Of a DNA stretch of 64,000 nt, positions 1 to 64,000 are shown in pieces (within the stretch, counting starts at the first letter, position 1; every line of letters begins with the position of its first letter). Source of the DNA: Octopus sinensis (lineage: Eukaryota); NCBI RefSeq assembly GCF_006345805.1, contig NC_043007.1, positions 25,110,001 through 25,174,000 on the forward strand, given 5' to 3'. The position numbers were made by a program, and so were the translations under genes. The notes beneath the pieces were generated by a model that had not been told where the DNA came from, did not search any database, and worked only from the letters and a program-made list of their open reading frames with translations.

Positions 1-117
1 GAGGGTGTAACTGTAGTGTGTTAATGAATGAAGTTTGAGCTGGTGGTGTGCTAATGAGGGAAGATTTGCGAATATATTTGTGTGTCCATATTTTGGGATC
101 TCATCTAAAATACCAAC

Positions 118-55991
<55,874 letters not shown>

Positions 55992-57401
55992 CTGTCAAAG
56001 AAAGTGTAAAGTAGATAAATAAATAAATATTAAAATATATATTAATATTGGTGAAATAACTTATCAAGAATTAATTATTTAATTATCAGATTATGGGAAT
56101 CATGAATACATATCTATGTATGATAATATGATTAGTTAATGTAGCAGCGAGTTGGCAGAATTGTTACCATGCTGAGCAAAATGGTTAGTGGTATTTATTT
56201 TAGGGTTGATAAAATAAGTAACAGTTGAGCACTGGGGGTGGGGTCACTGTATCTGACTTACCGCCTCCTCTGAATTTGCTGGCCTTGTGTTAAAATTTGA
56301 AACCAGTACTAAGTTTAGTTTGTGAATATTAATTTTGAATGTGTCATCATCATCACCATCACCATCACCATTATTGTCACCATTCTCACCATTCTAACCA
56401 TCATCATCATCATCATCATCAGCATTATCATTCTCATCATTGCTATCACTATCATTATCCTCCTCCTCCTCATCGTGGTGATTTTTATACCCGTTTTCCA
56501 TGATAGCATGATTTAGATCAGGCCTGGCCAACTCAAATTACATTGTGGGCCACTTTAATCACAAAAAGTTGCTTCGAAGGCCACTTGTATACTGACAGAA
56601 TTGGAAGCATTTTCTTTTCTCATGCTATTATTACAATAATGAATGGATGATCATTGATTCAACATGAAATATTATCGTTGCAAAAACAGTCGTATCTTTG
56701 TTTTTTTACTTTTCATTACAATCTTTAATTTTTGATAAAATTTTTTAAATGCTTGTTTAACCCTTTAGTGTTCTGATTATTCTATCAAACATATTGCTAA
56801 TTGATTCACATTGATTTGAATTAATCATGCATTATCTCATATCTTCAAGATCTTGATGGTATAATTACCTAATGTAGAATAACATTGTAGGGTAGGTGTG
56901 AGAGCCTGGATCTGGTCAGTTCGAACATAAAACAGATTAAATATTTTGGCCGGATATGGCCGGTTTGAATACTAAATGGTTAAATAAACTAAAGGCGGTG
57001 CTCCAGCATGGCCACAGTCAAATGACTGAAACAAGTAAAAGAGTAAGAGTAGATAAGGGATCCACATAGTGGTCCCTAATATTGTTTATATTTAAATAGA
57101 AATAATTTGGGCACTAATGGGTTAAAGAAGCTTAATCCTTTTGCATTTAAACTGGCCGTATCCAGCCCAAATATTCCACTAGTTTCATGTTCAAATGAGC
57201 CATATCCGACCTCTCACACCTACCCTGTAATGCCATTCTAAAAATAAGTAATCACATCGTTGAAATCCTGAAGCTATGAGACAATGCATGGTTAATTCAA
57301 AATGATGTGAGTAAATAAACATTACATTTGATTGTGTGATATGAATACTAAAGGGTTAAAATTGTAAAATGTAAATGCAAAATTATAACTTATATATACT
57401 C

Positions 57402-57514
57402 TTTACTTGTTTCAGTAATTTGACTGCAGCCATGATGGAGCACTGCCTTTAGTCGAATCAAATCGACCCCAGGACTTATTCTTTGTAAGCCTAGTACTTA
57501 TTCTATCGGTTTCT

Positions 57515-57547
<33 letters not shown>

Positions 57548-57708
57548 ATATGTTGCATATCTGTGTTTGTCCCCGTAACTTAGCGGTTCGGCAAAAGAAA
57601 CCGATAGAATAAGTACTAGGCTTACAAAGAATAAGTCCTGGGGTCGATTTGATTCGACTAAAGGCAGTGCTCCAGCATGGCTGCAGTCAAATTACTGAAA
57701 CAAGTAAA
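57402..57708. repeat. Fold-back duplication of a family C SINE 3' end (114-nt arms, 1 mismatch)
   Basis: 57402-57515 versus 57595-57708. Confidence 0.92.
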
Positions 57709-59329
57709 TATATATATATATATATATATGCATATATACGACAGGCTTCTTTCAGTTTCCGTCTACCAAATCCACTCACAAGGCTTTGGTTGACCTGAGG
57801 CTATAGTAGAAGACACTTGCCGAAGGTGCCACGCAGTGGGACTGAACCCAGAACCATATGGTTGGTAAGCAAGCTACTTATCACACAGCCACACCTGTGC
57901 CTATGCATAGCTGTGTGATTAAGAAGCTCACTTTCCAACCATATGGTTTCAGGTTCGGTCTCGCTGCATGGCTCTTGGGCCAACCAAAGCCTTGTGAGTG
58001 GATTTGGTTGATGGAAACTGTGCAGAAGCCCATTGTGTGTCTATGTGTACGTGTCTTTACATCTGTTTTTGTCACCCCTTCCCATCACTTGACAGCTACC
58101 ATTGGTTTGTTTACATCCCCATAACAAAAGTGACTGATAGAATAAGTACCAAACTTCAAAAAACCCCACAAGTACTAAGATCAGTTTGATTAAAACCTTT
58201 CAAGGTAGCACTCCAGCATGGCCACAGTCAAATATCAGAAGCAAGTAAAAGATAAAAGATAAATGAATATTTGTTGGTTCAATGATAAGTATTCAGTTGT
58301 TTGATCTTAAACTGAATTATCTGCCCCTAAATTAGCATGTCAGTGGCTGAATATTGCACAGACACATGTAGCCATTCAAGAATTTGGACATGGAGATCTC
58401 CATTTCCAGTGACTATGAGGGTCACCTCCAAGTGGTGTCGGGTGTCAACGAAGAGCCCTCGACTACAACAAGATGACCAAAGTTTTTTTTTTTCCAAGGT
58501 CTGGGGTCTCCCGCCCCTAAGCCCTAGACCCTCACCTAATCACCCTTACTCGTCTTGTTGCTTAACAACAACAACAACAGACACATGTACCCTTATTGTA
58601 GCTCTAAGGCAGAACCCACAACATGACATGGTATGTGACATGGTTGTATCTTTGAATTAGGGGTAGAATCCATCCCAAGGGCTTCTTCCCAGTTTTCATC
58701 TACTCATTTTCACTCACAAAGGTAAGGTTAAACCAAGACAAAAGCAAAAAATATTTGCCCAGGATGTCATGCACTGGCATTGAACCTGAGATCCTGTGAT
58801 TATGAAGTAAACTTCTTAAACCACAAGACCATCCTGTATTCACATTATGTATGTATACATACACACACATAAACAGAAAATATACTCGTACACACAACAC
58901 ACATATTACAGCACACATCCTGCCCTGTTATCTAGTAAACCCTGAATAGATTAGTAGAAGATCAAGTGAAACACAGTATAGTAGGTGGTTACTGTGGTGG
59001 TTACAGCTTCACTAAACCTTATTGATCAGGGTATTAATAGGGGTGGAATACTGATTACTTGGTCTTATCACAATTAATAAAGACTATGAGATAAATATAT
59101 TGATTTTCATCTTTCAGCTTATGACCTATCAAAAAAATTTTTTCACGCAAATACAAGTTACACCTTCATTTGTGGTATCATCTTTGAATTTCATTTGAGA
59201 GATAACATCTATTTATATTTATTCCATTTTCAAATTTTTGAACTCTCTCAGCTATAACCGTAGTTAATTTGCAAGGTTTGGAGAGAGACACAGGGTATAA
59301 GGCCTTCACGGGCCCAGTGAGATTAATGT

Positions 59330-59900
59330 TCCTATTTAAGGCAGCAGTAAAACATGACCTTTGAACGTTGGGCCTCAAAGAGGCTATGACGAAAGACCAA
59401 GACCTCTGAGATATGCTGTGGCTGTGAAGTCCCAACAAATGAAGTGAGTTCATGGGTCGCAGGATGGCCTGCTGTGCTAACCTTGGATCATAGGGTGACC
59501 TGCTGTGCTTGAGGAGATCTATTGCGTCAAGTACATCAACATCAAAACAAAAATCAAATGGAAATTGTAGTTGTGATATCTGTGCAGGTGGCACGTAAAA
59601 AGCACCATCCAAACATGACTGATACCAGTGCTGCCTTGACTGGTGTCCGTGCCTGGTGACACATAAAAAGCACCAACTGATTGTGGCCGTTTGCCAGCCA
59701 CCTCTGGCCCCTGTGCTGGTGGCACGTAAAAAGCACCCACTACACTCGCAGAGTGGTTGGCATTAGGCAGGGCATCCAGCAGTAGAAACACTGCCAGATC
59801 AGAGTGGAGCCTGGTGCAGCCTCCTGGCTTCCCAGACCCCGGTCGAACCATCCAACCCATGCTAGCATGGAAAGCAGACGTTGAACGATGATGATGATGA
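59330..59900 (+). mobile_element. Longest RTE copy: ORF-end relic plus 3'UTR and (GAT)n tail
   Basis: AAVKHDL*TLGLKEAMTKDQDL followed by the shared 3'UTR. Confidence 0.75.
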
Positions 59901-60768
59901 AGCTAACAGAATCATTAACGTGTTGGGCAAAATGTTTGGTGGTATTTCTTCTGGATCTTTGCATTCTGAGTTTAAATGCTATTGAGGCCTTTCATTCTTT
60001 CAGGGTTGATAAAACAATACCTCCGCCTTAGGGAAAGTGGAGGTAAAAATTTTGCATTTTAATCACTCGTTGAGGCATCATGAAAAACCTTATTAGAATC
60101 TTATGAGGGACAAGTAATGTTAAATATTGATCTTGTGTATACAAGGGCTACTATGGTTGAGGAGTAAAGTTCTGCAACTATATGGTTACAAGTGCCTTAC
60201 ACAATAGCCCTGGGCCAAGCAATGCTTTGCAAATGAATTTGATCGACGGAAACTGTGATGAAGCCCTTCGTGTATGTGTGTGAGAGCACGTGTGTATGCA
60301 TGTATGGAGTGTGTGTTTGTTCGTTCACTGTCACCGCTTGACTAACCAAGCGATTCGTCAAACGAGACGACGGAATAAGTACGCGACTTTAAACAAAATA
60401 CTAATAATAAACACTGGGTTGATTCGTTCGACTAAACCCAGTGACAAAAACAAGAAAAAGATAAGAGACTCACACACAACCAGCACCATCGTTAACATTT
60501 TATGCTTGTTTCCCTCCATACTTCAAAAGGCTGGATGGTTCTCACAGTATTAGTAGGTAATCTATCTAGCTCAACGAAACGTGCTGCCACGACTAGAATA
60601 TTCCTCCCCACAGTAAATATTCTTTTCCTGCAGCTTCCAGATTTCCTCTCATATTTTGAATGTGAACCTTGGCATTTTCTTTTTGTCTTGTTGTGCTCTC
60701 TCTCTCACACACACACTCCACATACCTTCAACTATATCTATCTATCTATCTATCTATCTATCTGCCTT

Positions 60769-60811
<43 letters not shown>

Positions 60812-60816
60812 GCCTT

Positions 60817-60860
<44 letters not shown>

Positions 60861-60881
60861 CATTGTCTGTCTGTCTGTCTG

Positions 60882-60978
<97 letters not shown>

Positions 60979-61372
60979 TGGTTTTGAATAAGGAATCTCG
61001 AGAATTTTATTTTCTGTCTCCGATGTATTTATAGACATGCACATACATACATACATACATACATACATACATACATACATACACACACATACACACATAC
61101 ATACATATATGCATGCATACACGCGCGTGCGCACACATCCACACGTACATTTGTTGCATCCATTTCTCCCGCTAAAACCGATGTCGATCTTGTTCAACGA
61201 AAGTATTAAGAAAAACGATCGACTTTTTAAAAAGGTTTGGCAATTGTAAACAACACGTGTTTTTGGCGGGTTGATTTCTTCGAAGGTTCGTGGCTTTTCT
61301 TCACGTTGCTTGTTATATGACATTTGCTCTATATCATTTAATTAACACTAGTGTAAGGCCTTTATAGTTTTA

Positions 61373-61747
61373 CTAGCAGTATCGCCCGGCGTTGCTCGGA
61401 TTTGTAAGGGAAATAACTATATAAGCATTTTTAGAGATGTAAAGTATAATAGCCATCTCAACATGGCTAACCACAAAGGGGGGTGTTACTGTAGCTTTTT
61501 ACGTTCTGAGATTTAATAATACATTTTTGGAGAGTTACTTCCCTTATATAATAGCAAAAAATTGCATTAAAATGGAAAAAAATTATGGTAAATTTTTTTT
61601 TTAATCGTAGACTCATCGTAGATGCGCGCTAATACCCAGAAGGGCTCGATATGAATCACGACTATAAGATACGCGCTTTTGGTTGGGAGTAGTTAGGAAT
61701 CTAAATCGTAGGAGACAGACACACAACCTTTCTTTTATATATAAAGA
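61373..61747 (-). mobile_element. Non-autonomous Helitron, second copy, flanked by a 48-bp direct repeat
   Basis: TC 5' end at 61747, CTAG|T 3' end at 61373; homologous to 29376-29769. Confidence 0.85.
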
Positions 61748-64000
61748 TTTGCTCTATATCATTTAATTAACACTAGTGTAAGGCCTTTATAGTTTAATTT
61801 AATTCCATTACAGTAATTGTTAAAGCGTAAGTTTAATATACAAATAGTCAATGTGTGTTTATTCCTGTTATCTAATCTCGTATAGTTAGGCATTTGGATG
61901 TTGGTTAATACTCTTTTACTCTTCTACTTGTTTCAGTCATTTGACTGCGGTCATGCTGGAGCACCGCCTTTAGTCGAGCAAATCGACCCCGGGACTTATT
62001 CTTTGTAAGCCCAGTACTTATTCTATCGGTCTCTTTTGCCGAACTGCTAAGTGACGGGGACGTAAACACACCAGCATCGGTTGTCAAGCAATGCTAGGGG
62101 AACAAACACAGACACACACACACACATATATATACGACAGGCTTCTTTCAGTTTCCGTCTACCAAATCCACTCATAAGGCTTTGATCGGCCCGGGGCTAT
62201 AGCAGAAGACACTTGCCCAAGATGCCACGCAGTGGGACTGAACCCGGAACCATGCGGCTGGTTAGCAAGCTACTTACCACACAGCCACTCCTGCGCCTTT
62301 ATTTACTTTTATCATTTTTTTTATTTGTAATCTTTCTTTCAGATAGATTAAGTACGTATGTTAAGATATCAATGTAATTATGATTTTTTTTTCTGTTATC
62401 ATGGACTGCGGCCATGCTGTGGCACCGCCTTACGAGGGTTTTTAGTCGAATGGTCAATCTTACGGTTCTAGTATATTTTACGTCAACTGACCACGTGTAT
62501 TTGTTTATATATGATCGTCAATTTCCGTAAAAAACTTTTATTTTTTTACATATGGGGTTGGGGGGAAATGGGATCTTTGGGGTTCCAAAGATCCCAAGAT
62601 CGCCAAAAAATTATAAATACTACAGTTGGTACATTCGACGGCGACCCTTCGGTATAAGTACCGTAAGTACCAGAGAAGTGGCTTTGTTTACATTTCTGAA
62701 GATAACAGAAACCCTTTTCTCCCCCCCTAACCCTAACCCCCCCATATATATATAAAAAAAACAACACTTTCTTATACCGAAGTTACACCCAACGTTTTTT
62801 TGTCTTCCCATTCGGGGGCCATGCATTTTATTGGTTAAAATTCGAAGAATTAAACTACGTTAAACTTACAAATTACAATTTTGTTTTCAATTTTGTTTAC
62901 AATAACGTTTTCTTTTGACACATTCTACCAGTATACGAAGTTTCAAATTGTTTAGTTAACTAGAAAATTCCGTCCATCAAAAGGAAAAGATCCACTTCTT
63001 TCTTTCTCTTTCTTTTGATTGTTTTCAACCATCTCCATCACCGTCACCACAACTGCCATACACACACCGCCTTCCCCTCCAACACCATCACGACTGTCTT
63101 TCACATCACTTACTACCACCTCGGCTACCACTACCACCATCATCACCGTCGCCTCCGCCTCTATGACAACTACAGCTCATACAATTACTATCACCCCATT
63201 ACCATCACAACATCGATCTACTACTGTCCTCACCGTTTCTATGTCCACTATTACTCTCGTCCCAACATGAGGTATAGTAGAAGTGTCACTGAATAGTGAG
63301 AGAGTGGGGTCAAAGTGTGACACACTGACACACAATTTTGTTTTGGCATTTATTATATATATATATATATATATCTTTGGTCTGCAAGATCCTCAATGCG
63401 AAATTGTATCCTGAAACATACACACACACATTACTGTATTTTGGGAGAGTACTAGGCTTTGAAAAAATGTCCTGGGGTCGATTTGTTTGACTAAAACCCA
63501 TCAAGGCAGTGCTCCAGCATGGCCACAGAGAAATGACTGAAGCAAGTCAAAGAATAAACCAATACTGTTTGTCAAGCTGTGATGGGAACAAACACAAAGA
63601 AATACAGTTCTTTCAATTTCCATCTACCAAATTTACACAGATGGCATGGGTTAACCAGAGCTATAGGTGAAAACACTTGCTCAAGGAGTTACACAGTGGG
63701 ACTAAACCCAGAACCACGTGGCTGGGAAGCAAGCCTCTTAACCACATATCCATGCCTGTGTCTATTATATATGTATGTGTTTTTCTTTCTTTGTAATTCC
63801 TGGGCAGCACTATCTGTTAGATAGAATGGGTGTGAGTAGGTGTCAAAACTGTAATGATTTCCAACAATGCAGCTGATGATGAGATGTCTATGTCCATTTG
63901 GATTAATTTATTATTGTTATTTTTATGTAGTTGTTTATCTGTTACCTTTTTGTTTCCATGTAAGATATGTTCTCAGTCATATTGTTTTATATCGTTAATT

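Noticed and set aside
60565-60680. Minus-strand frame ...MRGNLEAAGKEYLLWEE resembling the PLC-beta exon-1 motif GxKFxKWEE
   Set aside because: No phase-0 GT or GC donor after WEE, a stop follows, and upstream similarity is weak
62720-62740. Interstitial telomere
   Set aside because: Only about two TTAGGG units, embedded in a repeat-like element

Overview
Eukaryotic, AT-rich, microsatellite- and SINE-dense genomic DNA, most likely an octopus/coleoid cephalopod (inferred from the protein and the repeat content). One gene fills the window on the minus strand: a phospholipase C-beta of the cephalopod PLC21/Plc21C type. I reconstructed 27 coding exons (55991 to 118; 2706 nt, 902 codons, phases consistent, no internal stop) covering PH, EF-hands, catalytic X and Y boxes, C2, proximal CTD, a Gly/Pro/Lys linker and the start of the distal CTD. 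The first coding exon was not found and the 3' end lies beyond position 1. Notable gene features: a 6-nt microexon (AAAAAG) with a UGC motif before its acceptor, an 18-nt microexon, a consensus U12-type intron and a GC-AG intron. The introns hold tRNA-derived SINEs, RTE/CR1/R4-Dong LINE ends, Penelope-like termini with hammerhead-like motifs, piggyBac/hAT/pogo/mariner MITEs, two non-autonomous Helitrons and many short-loop fold-back hairpins. Almost all ORFs in the supplied track are microsatellite or TE artefacts. Family names and homologue comparisons are from memory, not from searches.
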